A stretch of DNA of 64,000 nt, taken from the NCBI GenBank assembly GCA_951406725.2, contig OX597825.1, positions 37,882,001 through 37,946,000 of the forward strand. The letters are read 5' to 3'. The notes beneath the pieces were generated by a model that worked only from the letters and a program-made list of their open reading frames with translations, had not been told where the DNA came from and made no database searches. The translations under genes and the position numbers were made by a program. Below are positions 30,156 through 42,419 of this stretch, in pieces (the stretch's first letter is position 1; each line of letters starts with the position of its first letter). Origin of the DNA: Octopus vulgaris (Eukaryota).

Positions 30156-30620
30156 TGTGTGTGCGTGCGTGTACGTGTGTGTGACTGTTTCTTTGCGATG
30201 GACCGCAGAAAAGTCACCTACCCCTTCTCCTTAAAGCTTTCTGTATTTGTGTGTGTATGCTGTTTAACTATGTATTTAAGAAAGTATGTAGTGAGCGTAG
30301 CATGTATATGACAGCTGTAGTAACATAATATCCAACTGCCACCGTTGTTCTCGGCTTCACTGATATAAGCCATCCTCTCTGTATTACTACCTTTCTCTCA
30401 GACTATTACCTTTTGCAACCTTCTCATTTGATCATATAGTTCGCCAAATGCCCCTGCATGGGACATTATATATTTTATTGAAATCCAATTAGTCTATCAT
30501 TAAACTGGATGTTAGTAGAACATGTATGTAAAGTTTCGTGAATATCGCTTAGCTTGATTGTAACAGATGGTAACAGAGAGAGAGAGAGAGAGAGAAATTA
30601 CACACACACACACATAGATA

Positions 30621-31590
30621 TAATCAGTATATGATTTAACGTATTAAACAAAGTTTAACAAATTCATTCCTATTTATGTGACGGAGGAGATTAGATATTA
30701 AAATGGATTATAGTTTTATTTTCCATCGGGCTATACAAGATATTCAGATATTCAGAAATAGAAAATCGTAGTAGTCATATCTGTACTCGTCAGTAGCTTA
30801 TAGACGTTTCGAGTACATGATTTTTCCCCTAGTTATCATTTCGGGATTAGTATATTCGTTCTAGCAGTCATGTCAATTTGGATTAAGACTGAAAATATAT
30901 ATATTATGTGGGTGCTAATATATATAATATTAAAAACTGAAATTCTCTCTTTGAAATCCGATATATGACTCTATTTTATTACTGGTCAGGTTGTATTTGT
31001 ATGTAATTTGAGTAATACTAAGTAAAGAAGTATATGAATTTTCAAATACAAATTTGGTTTTACTTAACCCTCAATTCTCCATTCAATTTTTGATATTTTT
31101 AGAATAAATGCTGGTTAATAATAGTATTTAAGAATAATTTATATTTTATAAAATTAAATATTTATTGTAAATAATAGTCCTCATATTCATAGACAAATAT
31201 GAGTGCTATATTTCGTAATTAATTATCTTGGCATAGATAAATATAATTAAGACGATTTAGAAATATATACTATGAATAAGGCCTAAAAAGGAGATTACTT
31301 ACGTCATAAACTTATAAGTAATCAGCTATAGAACCATTTGGAATGTAAGAAAGGTGTTTTTTGTCAATGGATGTCAAAGTAGTTGCCTCTTTTAGTTTTT
31401 ATATCAGCTTCTGACGACAACAAATATGATTATTACGATTTTTTATTTATGAATATCTGAGATTTTCTGTACGAAACAAATCGCATAGCAACATGGAAAA
31501 TAAAAACTATAATCCAATTTAACATCTAATCTCCTCCATTACATAAATTTGCATTTGTTGAACTTTGTTAAATAAATCATGTACGGATTA
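30621..31590. mobile_element. ~970-bp element with long (~180-200 bp) imperfect terminal inverted repeats
   Basis: TAATCAGTATATGATTTA...GGAGGAGATTAGATATTAAAATGGATTATAGTTTT...CTCGTCAGTAGCT (30621-30800) is the reverse complement of 31390-31590. A third arm lies at 44728-44940. Confidence 0.8.
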
Positions 31591-31838
31591 CTTCTATACA
31601 AGCTTTCATATCTATACGAATTCATATAAGAAAATTCAAAAGTAGAGTATGAAGAAAAGACATTAGAAATCTTTGGAAATAATTTGAATAAAAGAAATAT
31701 ATAAAGCATATATAATATATATGTGTGTGTGTGGATGTGTATATATATATACACACTCACATATATGCATATATAGATATATACACGCACACATACACAC
31801 ATATATATGTGTGTGAATGCAGTAGTGCGAATGTCTGT

Positions 31839-31888
<50 letters not shown>

Positions 31889-31987
31889 GTATATTTATGT
31901 GTATAAATGTCAAAATATATACGTATTATGTTACATGTACTCATGTAAGCAGCTATGTGTATATGATGAGGAAGTTGCGTACACACA

Positions 31988-32099
<112 letters not shown>

Positions 32100-32324
32100 A
32101 GTTTGTGAGTGTTGTGGATATGTGTATGTATGAGTACTTACATACAGATATGTTTGTGTGAGTTTGTAAGTATGTAGACGATGTGAACGCAGGATGTTTA
32201 TATCTATGTATTGTGAGAATATGGTTGCGAGCATTTTTTATCTTTATTTTCTTTTCTGTCTACTAGAGTTACTTCCCTTTTATTTAACAGTTTTTATTTA
32301 ACGGTTTTTCATAGCGTCTGTTGC

Positions 32325-32392
32325 CATTAATAACCGTCGAGAATGTATCGAAGTTCTTTGCTCCGACATTCGAAACTCCGAGTACTATAATG
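32325..32392 (+). ncRNA. Degenerate minimal type I hammerhead ribozyme motif
   Basis: CATTAATAA-CCGTCGA-GAATGT..ACATTC-GAAAC-TCCGA-GTA-CTATAATG. Stem II is 6 bp perfect and stem III ACTCCGAGT is near-palindromic. The core has 2 mismatches to CUGANGA. Confidence 0.5.
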
Positions 32393-35300
32393 ACGAGAAT
32401 AAATGTATATAAGAATTTGTCAAGTAGTCGGCGTGCATAAACAACCAGTTCAGGAACAATTAATACAAAATATATAAATACTCATACAGATTTTATCGTT
32501 ATATATTATATAAAATTAGTATTATATATTATTTAAAATATATTCAGTGCTGAATTATTCCGACTGTACACGGGTACCGAGATGTGGGTTGAAAAACCCG
32601 CCTTTTTCATGGATATATAAATGTGAGCGTTTGTATATGCTATATTGGATACGTTTGCTGTTCGCTTGGTATGTAGAGATGTTCATTTTTATGTGTTTTG
32701 ATTATGTTTGCACTGATGATTAGAGAGTGTATTATGTACGCTAACCGTGAAGTCATTAATGATTTGCCACTAAATCTGTTTTTAAGAGGTCGAGTCGAAG
32801 TTGCATTCCCCTGCTTTCGGTTGCCGTGTTATATCTATTAAAGTAGTTTCACTTCCGAGTCCCATTACAGCGTGAGGCATTGATATGCGAGCGACTGTGA
32901 CCTCATAGTGTATTCATTCCTGAAAGAATACTAGATATTTACAAAATCTGATATAATTATACATTGCAAACTTGGATCAGAGTAGGAGTGTATTTTCTGA
33001 AGAAAAACATTATTCCAATGATGTAAACACGTCTATTGGTAATTTGAACTTTAGCAAGCTAACATTTTAACGCAGATACATGAGGAATGATAGAAAGTTG
33101 AAAACACCCAAACTTATAAGATATTTTTTGGCTAGTACTTTCAGTAGTACGACAAAGCCGTGTCACGCAATCTTAGTTTTATTCTTGGTAAGCATACTTT
33201 TTTTAAGACGCAGCCAGGAAATAACCTTATACCACCTTATGTATTCTGATAAGGTTCTCTAATAAACCTACACACTGTGCTGTGCAGCAGTGAGGCATAT
33301 GCGTTGTATGAAGGATGATATATATTTTAATACTAAGTGTACTGACTGCTTTCTTCCATAGGACAGAAAATGACAGAGAAAAAGCAAAAATAAGATTAAA
33401 CATTAACATTTTAAATTGTATAGGAAGAAATTCGTGATAACAGAAATTAGTGTTTGCCAATATGTGGTTTATCACCGTTATCAGCTAACGCCATAATTTA
33501 AAAAAAAACAAACTTATTGTTTATCTTTTTGAACAGTTTTATATTTTCTGACAGTTTTATGCGGGAGGGAATTTCTTGCTTTTTTTTACTTATCAAGGCA
33601 GTCAATAACACCGTTTTAGCTTAGTTTTTTTAGCGTTTACATAATTCTATTCTTTCTCCTTTCTCCGCACAACTGTCAATCCTTTCATCTTCCCTTCCCT
33701 TCTATTTGTTAGTTTCCTTGTGGACTAAGTAAAATGTCTTTTGTATTGCTCGTGTCCTGTAATCATTTTATTAGTTTTTAGCTTAATCTTCTCTATTGTG
33801 TCATATGCTGATAATTTCAAAATATTTTCTATCTATATGATGCATATATTTCCCTTAATCCTGTTGAATTAAAATCTATTTTGTTTGGATTAATTTTAAT
33901 GTAATCATTTTCTTTTCATTTACTTGAGTAATCATACTATTTGATTTATCGTCCATTTGAGGATATAACTATAACTTATCAAGACAGTTGCTGTATACAT
34001 TGTTTTGCATTAAACTCTGTAATAATATTTAATATAATGCCCGCTGACACTCGTTGACGCTACATCGAAGAGGCCAGGGAACAGAAGCAAGAAGGAGAAA
34101 GAAGACATGCGCTCAACACCAGAACTGAAGGCACCTCCGAAAGCTGGGGGGGGGGCCGCCACGTCAAAATGGTAGAGGAGTAGGGGCCGAAACCGGACGT
34201 AGTTCCTGCTGATGATGTCTTGAGCTAACTAGATCCTATGAAAGAGCTTTAGTGGTAGCAGACCACGAAACATCGCTGAAAATCCTCATTCCTAATATTT
34301 CATTCTTTCTCGTTATAGTTCGTTGATATTAACTATTTGTAAATTTGAGGTTGATGCAAATCTGTTTCAGTCTCTGTTTCATTTTGTAACTGTTTCTGAT
34401 TCTTTTTCGTCTTATACAAGTTTGCCTAAGGTTATTCTTAGCTAATCTTAATCTCATATAATTTTCTGTAGAAAATTCGGGTAATCCTGGCTGTAGTGCC
34501 TCATCTTAGTTTTTCGACTGTTATTTATATACAAATGATAGATGATTGCACTTCTTTTGTATCTGTATCCAAATTCAATCTGGTTTAATATGTTGTTTAA
34601 AAATTGTAGCAACATATAGAAAGACAGTGAGAGAGAGTGAGAGAGAGAGGGAAGGAGAGAAAGAGAGAGAGAAAGAGGGAGAGAAAGAGAGAGAGTCAAA
34701 GAGAGCCCAAATGCATTCGATTTAACTTATTCTAGTGGAGTTAGTACTAGATTTTGTAATTCCAGATTTTTGGTTATATCTGAAGAATTGTTTTTAGTTT
34801 ACTCAAGCCAAATTAATATACTAGATTGTTATTTGTTTTTTTATTTCATTGCTAAACTTTCTACAATGAACGAATAGGTAAATCTGTTAAAAGCCTCTTT
34901 AGTAGTCGCTACACGTCATATTAAGACCCTACTTACTCATACTCCGTCTTTAATGTTTCAAGCCGTTTCAGATACAGCATTTCATCTGCTTTACTGAAAA
35001 CAAGTTAATTTCTCAGGTGGTTATTTGATCTCTGCAATCCGTTTCAGGATTAAAATTATATGTATTCCAGTTACCCAGAGTGATATTTTCTCTCATACCA
35101 CCAGTGTCTTATTAAACATCTGTATTAACATCTTATGAGTTATTGTTAAGCATTTCAAACAGAAGTTTGGGAACTTGTTCATATTCTTATTGCCTGTCAG
35201 TAGTTTTTAGATATTTGTAATTACTGCACACTTTTAGCAAATTGCCCATTTCAAAATTTACGCAAGATACGACATATCTAACGTAGATGACAACTAGAAT

Positions 35301-36659
35301 TGCTGGCCTCATTGGTACAAACAGCGACGTGGTCTAACCCGCCGCCAATCATTTCAAAGTGTCTCATATATACACTTCTACAAAAATATAAATAAAAACA
35401 GATTATTCTCCAAAACGTTGAATAACACGGAATTATCAAGCTCCTAGAAAATGGTAAGGAACGCTGGTTTTACATAAGACAGAACTCATTTCTTCGAGAA
35501 ATATAGTTAGGCAAGGCAAGGCAGAATGTAGGAAAACTCTAGTTTATCAGAAGTGCTCTGGAAACTTATATGCACAGGAAGGAAAGGAATGGCATCTGTT
35601 TCGTGAAGTCGGAAAAGGCATTTAGAAGTGAATGCTTCTATATACCTGGTTTTTGAAGACCAAAGACGACACAATAATATGCCACCATCCACATTTCTGT
35701 TCAAAAGGATCTGGACTTTTTGTCGTAGCATTCACAAAAAAACGACTGATATGTGGTGAGTGTATACGGAATCAGAAACAAAATGTGATCCACTGCGTTG
35801 CAGGAACAGAAAATGTGCACATCACAATAGGAAGTTAAAATAAATTTACCTGTCTGAAATTCAGTATGGAGGGTTCAGATGCCAGGAGTGAAAAAGCACT
35901 AAAACATAAATTTGTGGACTATAGCAAAGGCACAAGTAATAAAAGCAACATATCGTGGCTACTGCTATCTCTGTTTACTGTGTTACGCCAATTACATCTA
36001 GAGGAGTGGCGTATGTGTCACCACCAAGAGTGTTTGATAAGCGAGGAGGCAAGTGAGATCACCTCCTTCAGCTCAACTCTAGCAATAATCTGTGAAATAG
36101 GACTATCTGTCCGTATAAAAAAGATGTCAGAACGTTATTTATAGCAAAATGAGGATGAGAAAAGGAAGGAACAAAAATAAAAATATAAAGGTTAGAATTT
36201 CTCGCATAAATCAGCCTAGGCACAGGAAATGTTCGAAATAATCTACAATGATTACGTGAGTCAAAACGTAATCTATCTGAAGAGGGATCTAGTAAACAAT
36301 GCATGTCAATTGACGTGGTTTTGTTCGACGAATGGTGCAAATGCCAAGAAAAAAGATTTTGACAAAAAACACACCAGAATCAACCAACATCTGAAGGATA
36401 TACCTAGAGCATGTAGAAAAATTTCATGACTCGGTGAAGCCCAAAATTGCAGAGGCATTTCCCTAAGACCATAATTATAACAAAGGGTGTTCAGATTTGC
36501 TCTGCGCTTAGATCGTATCTAATAAGTTTCTTCTCTGCTAGCCTTACAGAAAACGTATTTTGAAGTATCGTTTTTTGCCTCTAAAGAATTTCCATTACAC
36601 ATTCTGTCAAAGGGCACTTGTAATAATTGTATCTAAATTTCCGAAATTAATAATATGAA

Positions 36660-36714
36660 TGAATATAACCAGAACAACGACAACAACAATAATAAAACCA
36701 TTGAAACCACCATA

Positions 36715-36791
<77 letters not shown>

Positions 36792-36971
36792 CACCACCAC
36801 CACTACTACAGACAACAACAAAAACAACAATTATAATAATAATATTTTATGTTATGCAAGTAAACATACATTCATTGCAAAATCAGCCTTAGAAATTTCT
36901 GAACAATTTTGGATGACTAATTTTGCGTTGAATGTATGGGAACTTGTGGCCAATGAAGACATTTTCATCAT

Positions 36972-37012
<41 letters not shown>

Positions 37013-37120
37013 TCGTCGTCATCGTCGTCGTCGTTGTCGTCATCCTCATCATCATCGTCGTCGTCGTTGCCATCATCATAATCATCTTCGTTATTATGAT
37101 TATCATCATTATTAATTGCT
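36660..37120. repeat. Compound trinucleotide repeats (AAC, ACT, ACC, ATC, AGC, GTC)
   Basis: Directly visible. Confidence 0.9.
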
Positions 37121-37383
37121 ATTAATAATTATTTTACAAAATCGCTATATCGTTCATTATGGAAGTATTGGCGTAGTATTTCGGTCATCGAATTATTAAT
37201 CTATTTAAGGGAAATAACTATTTTGGAGAAAATATTAATATCACAAAGACAAAGTCAATATGAAAATACACAAAATCTATACACGGATGAGATAATTCTG
37301 TAATACGAAATTAAAGTCAAACTCACAGACATAACGAAACACAATCGTGCCCGGTAACACACATATAGCAACAGCATATCACA

Positions 37384-37460
<77 letters not shown>

Positions 37461-37937
37461 GTATACATCTATAAAAGCGTAGACATATATATGTACATAC
37501 ATGCGCTCATGTACACACACATATATGCATATAATTGGGTTTATGTGAGAATCTGTGTGTATGTACTATGTATCCCTTAACGTGTTGACATATAGAAGAT
37601 GGTGTGCACATATGTTATGTACGTCTGTGATGCCTATGAAAGAGAATACAGAGAATATATACACATATATGTGTGTGTTTGTGTGTGTGTGTGAGTGGGT
37701 TTATGTGTATGAGTATGTATGTGTGTATATACATATATACATATATATATATATATTTATATATATATACACATATATATATTTATATATACACATATAT
37801 ATTTGTATATATATACACACATATATATATATATATTTAAAATTATAAACATGTATATACGTATATACAAACATTTTTATATGAGTGTGCGTCTATCGTT
37901 TTGTATATCTGTTTATGAGAGGAGAAAAATATTATTG

Positions 37938-38038
37938 ATTCAAAGCTCTACCTTCACAGATCGCTACTCCGAGTGTCACGTTGCCGAAGGCAGCAATGCG
38001 GAACCACAGAGTAGCGAACTGTGAAGACAGCTTTGAAT
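37938..38038. other. ~100-bp GC-enriched imperfect palindrome/hairpin
   Basis: Pairings: ATTCAAAGCT/AGCTTTGAAT, CTTCACAGATCGCTACTC/GAGTAGCGAACTGTGAAG (17/18), inner CGTTGC/GCAATG. Confidence 0.85.
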
Positions 38039-38100
38039 AAAAATTAATCAATTCCACTTAACGACACACTTGCCGGTGTGCGCGCACAAGCGTGCATGTA

Positions 38101-38177
<77 letters not shown>

Positions 38178-39004
38178 GTGTATATGTATGTATACTTACA
38201 TATATACATGCATGTGTTAATGGTAATGAATGTAGGAATGTTTTACTTGTGCCACGCAAACTTGGCCATTAGAGAATTACGCTTGTATGCATGTATATTT
38301 ATCGAGTTGTGTACATGTCTAAAATATATCAAACAGCTACATCAACTTGCAAACATATGATGATGCGACATAGCAAAGGGCAGTAATGCTACATAGGCAG
38401 CGTAGAAATAACCCACAAGCTGGCTGTTTCAAACTACGCGGGCAATTCCTTTCGTAAATTGAAAGAGGAAACCTGTGTGCTTGTATGTCTATGCTAGAGA
38501 GAGATATAAGTATAGATCACTATATAAAGAAAATTTATTTGATGGAAAGAAGAAAGTATTATCGATATATCTGAATACACTGGTTGTTTCTATAATAAGG
38601 TTATCGACAACAGAAACAACCATCATTTAAAGTATCATAGAAGCAATATTCCTATAAAAGCTAAATCAACGGCAACAACAGCAATTACAAATACGGTAAC
38701 AACAACAACAATATCCAAGATAAGAAAATAGAGACGCATTGGAACTGAATAATTACAACGTAACCATCAAAAATAGAGAGTCTCGTATGGCAGTACCCAA
38801 AACAATAGCCATACTAACTTAAGGGCATAAAAATCACTAGCATAACGAAAGAAGGCGCTACACAAACTAACTTTTTCTCTATAGTACATTCTAACCTACA
38901 TGCATGCAGAAAAGACAACTAGTTTACTTTGAATAAAGCAGTAAGACCTGTCGTTTAATATACTATTATGCAAGCTGCAAGTTCTTTCAATCAGGCTGGA
39001 TCAA

Positions 39005-39040
39005 CTGGAGGAAGGTGTTTGCTGTTGAAACACCTGAAAC
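39005..39040 (+). ncRNA. Partial hammerhead-like motif
   Basis: CTG(G)AGGA-AGGTGTTT-GCTGTTG-AAACACCT-GAAAC has a perfect 8-bp stem II between the core motifs. Stems III and I are not recognisable. Confidence 0.35.
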
Positions 39041-39249
39041 CCTCTGAAACCCCCAACCTCGCACTGTTAACATCTCACCGAATAACCGTGAAATGTATCT
39101 TGAAATCATATATTGGGTATTCCCATAAATAATGTGTTTTTTCCAATTGTATGGACTAAAAGTTGGAGTGGGGCGGGAAAATCTACCTGCATCAACTTGC
39201 TATAAAAGCAGATAGTAATTTTCCATTTTTACTTATTCTTAGTGCAATG

Positions 39250-39365
39250 TTTGAAGAGTGCACTTCGATTTTAATAGTTATATTTTCAAAGCTATGATAG
39301 AAATGACAGAGGAGCATATTTGGCGTATTTTGCTTTAAGAGTTCAATAAAGGCAACAACGCGACA
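39250..39365 (+). mobile_element. mariner transposase 5' fragment
   Basis: Reads MIEMTEEHIWRILL*EFNKGNNAT, like the mariner N-terminus (EHIRHILLYEFxKG). Truncated next to the inverted-repeat element. Confidence 0.6.
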
Positions 39366-39407
39366 TGCATTTGCATGTTTTCGATGTACGTTATATCATA
39401 TTTTAGA

Positions 39408-39552
39408 GTACATTATTTACAGTTGACGGATATTTGTCCTCATCTTGTTTGTTATTAACACCACAACGTTTCGGCTGATGTACCCTCCAGTCTTCACCAG
39501 GTGTCTTGGGGGAAATTTAGAACCTGGGTTCTCATTCCTAAGGTATTTTCGA

Positions 39553-39644
<92 letters not shown>

Positions 39645-39699
39645 TGACTCTCTGGAATCGAACTCAGAACATAGGTGTTAGTAGCCCTCGCTCATAACC
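39408..39699 (-). mobile_element. tRNA-headed, hammerhead-containing short element (left copy)
   Basis: Minus strand: GGTTATGAGCGAGGGCTACTAACACCTATGTTCTGAGTTCGATTCC (tRNA-like, B box), then (AAT)n(AAC)n, then AGACAC-CTGGTGA-AGACTG..CAGCC-GAAAC-GTT-GTG. Confidence 0.75.
39458..39507 (-). ncRNA. Minimal type I hammerhead ribozyme with palindromic AACGTT stem III
   Basis: Stem I CAC/GTG, core CUGGUGA (canonical CUGAUGA in the sister copy at 39811-39817), stem II GACUG/CAGCC, GAAAC, predicted GUU cleavage triplet. Confidence 0.65.
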
Positions 39700-39912
39700 C
39701 CAAGATTCCGAGTTCGATTCCAAGCAGTGACCTGAACAACAACAACAACAACAACAACATCGAAAATACCTTAGGAATGAGAACTCAGGTTCGAAATTTA
39801 CCCGAGACACCTGATGAAGGCTGGAACGTTGTGTAAACATCAAATAAAATGAGGACAAATATCCGTCAACTCAAAATAATGTACATAATTCATCATCTCT
39901 TAAATATAGAAC
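39695..39912 (+). mobile_element. Same element, right copy (inverted, 5'-truncated, HHR stem II partly deleted)
   Basis: TAACCCCAAGATTCCGAGTTCGATTCC, then (AAC)n, then ATCGAAAATACCTTAGGAATGAGAAC...GAGACAC-CTGATGA-AGGCTGG-AACGTT-GTGT...GAGGACAAATATCCGTCAAC. Reverse-complement match to the left copy. Confidence 0.75.
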
Positions 39913-40264
39913 AGCATATCTTAGAGGTGTTTCTACTGAAATATAGCAGCTTGGCTTTCTGTGTTTGGTGAAGTGTTAAGGTATATGAAGAGATGCTACA
40001 AGAACGTATAAATCATACATTGTTATAGACTTCCAAAGGGAATTAAAAGATGGGCAAACTTTGGGATGAGTCTGAATTTTTCTACTTTGTCCAACGACAT
40101 GACAAAAAAAGTAATATAATGAATACGAACTTTTCTTTTCTATTTTCAGGATGGGGTGTCACAAAGATCCCTAAAATATCTGTGATGGGCGAGCATTTGG
40201 AGTTTCTCAATGTCTGTGCAAATGGAATGCTGTGCGGTCTATCTATTCTATTTAAAATGTAAAT

Positions 40265-40267
40265 GTA

Positions 40268-40362
<95 letters not shown>

Positions 40363-40713
40363 GCATATATATATATATACAAGCATATATATATATGCAT
40401 ATATATGCATATATATATATACATGCATATATATATGCATATATATATATGCATATATATGCAAATATATATATATGCGTATATATATATGTATATATAT
40501 GCATATATATATATATGGTTATATACATATATGTATATATATATATGCATATATATATGCATATATAAATATATATATATATATATGCATATATATATAT
40601 GCATACATATGCATATATATATATATGCATGCATATACATACATACACATATATACATATATATTAGTGTATGTGTACATAAGTGTATATATTTATATGT
40701 ATTTACATGCATG

Positions 40714-40750
<37 letters not shown>

Positions 40751-40860
40751 GCATATATAAATATATATATTTATATATATATGCATATATAAATATATAT
40801 ATATTTATATATATATTTATATATATATGCATATATAAATATATATATATATATATATGC

Positions 40861-40892
<32 letters not shown>

Positions 40893-40942
40893 GCATATAA
40901 ATATATATATATATATACATATATATATTTATATATATATGC

Positions 40943-40977
<35 letters not shown>

Positions 40978-40990
40978 CGTATTTGTATAT
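40265..40990. repeat. ~0.7-kb (TA)n/TATGCA low-complexity tract
   Basis: Directly visible. Confidence 0.95.
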
Positions 40991-41508
40991 ATAATTCACC
41001 ATATACGGTATAGAAAGTTATTAATAACAACAACAACAACAACGACGTTAGTGTTATATTACCAATTCCACGTAAAGCAATAATAATGATATAGATATGA
41101 ACTGTAGTAAGGACAAATAACAACGACTGCAACCTTTGTAGTCTACGAGTGTGACGTCATTCTTTATTATTGCAATCAACATCGTCTCAAATGTGTTAAC
41201 GCGTCGGTTGAGTTTAATTTCCCTTCTGCCATTGTTTATAACGGACAAGACAGTAAACATTAGGATATACATTCTTCGCACGCATGCGCTCTTTCTGATG
41301 TACATATATACTCAAACAGCTGCACTGATATACGTATTCAGGAGGATATATTCTCACACATGGCTATACATGTAGACTTGCGTGACGGTGTGTGTTTGCG
41401 CTTGAGGTAGTGAGCGTGTGTGTATGTGTGTGTGTATGTATTTACGTATATACAGACGCTTAAACACGCAACCATATATACATTCAATAAGAAAATACTC
41501 ACACATGA

Positions 41509-41566
<58 letters not shown>

Positions 41567-42419
41567 ATGTGTATATATAGACAACATATAAATACTGAGA
41601 ACATATACACGCGCACGCACACCCATGCTCACACGCACATTCGCACGTACAACTACACAATACACAATCGATGTATTAAGAATCAATAGTAATATCAATA
41701 GCTATTCTTTCTCGTGTGATATATTGACGGTACACAATGCAAAACTGATTTGGCCAATACTTTGCTTGCTCTACTGAACAATAACATTGGCTTTAAATAG
41801 GTGTCATAGTCATTGTTGCCTGTCTATGTTGTTTTTTTTGTTGTTGTTATTGTTGCTGGCATTGGTGGTGGAGTTGATGTAGTTTTTTGAGTTTTTATTT
41901 CATTTTGTGTTGATGACTATTATTGATAATTTTCTTCTGTTTTCGGTGTCGTTATCAATGGTTTTTTGTGCTCCGGTTCTATTAGTGTCTAATGTTGAAC
42001 ATTTTGTCAACTCATTTCTCTTTGTTGTTGTCTTCGTTGAGTTGAAGCTGTTGTCTTCATTCTTACTTTATATGCCAATATATTTTTCTCGCTAAATATG
42101 GTGCTTTTTATGACAGCGTTGCTGTTAAGGCCTGAGTAAACTCTGGGCGAGCAGATGTATGACCAAATGCGATGAATTCCTTAACAATTCAGACATTTGT
42201 AGGACATACAACACATAGCGTATACATGATTACACTGCACAATTATCCTTTACTTGTGTGAGTAAATTGTAACTGCAGCGACATTTGGCTGCTATATCAA
42301 TCAGGTCGCAACATAAATTTATCCTGGTTTCCTTTGCCTTGTTCGTATTCATGGTGTTCACTGTGCTATCCCTAGTTTTGTTTTACATCTTTCTGTTCGT
42401 TCGTTGGCGCTCTGCAAAA

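Noticed and set aside
34205-34280. CTGATGA...GAAAC pair
   Set aside because: Stem II is weak and I found no stem III, NUH triplet or stem I pairing.
36655-37125. 156-aa poly-T/I/S/V ORF resembling a mucin or membrane protein
   Set aside because: It coincides exactly with compound trinucleotide repeats and has no supporting gene structure.
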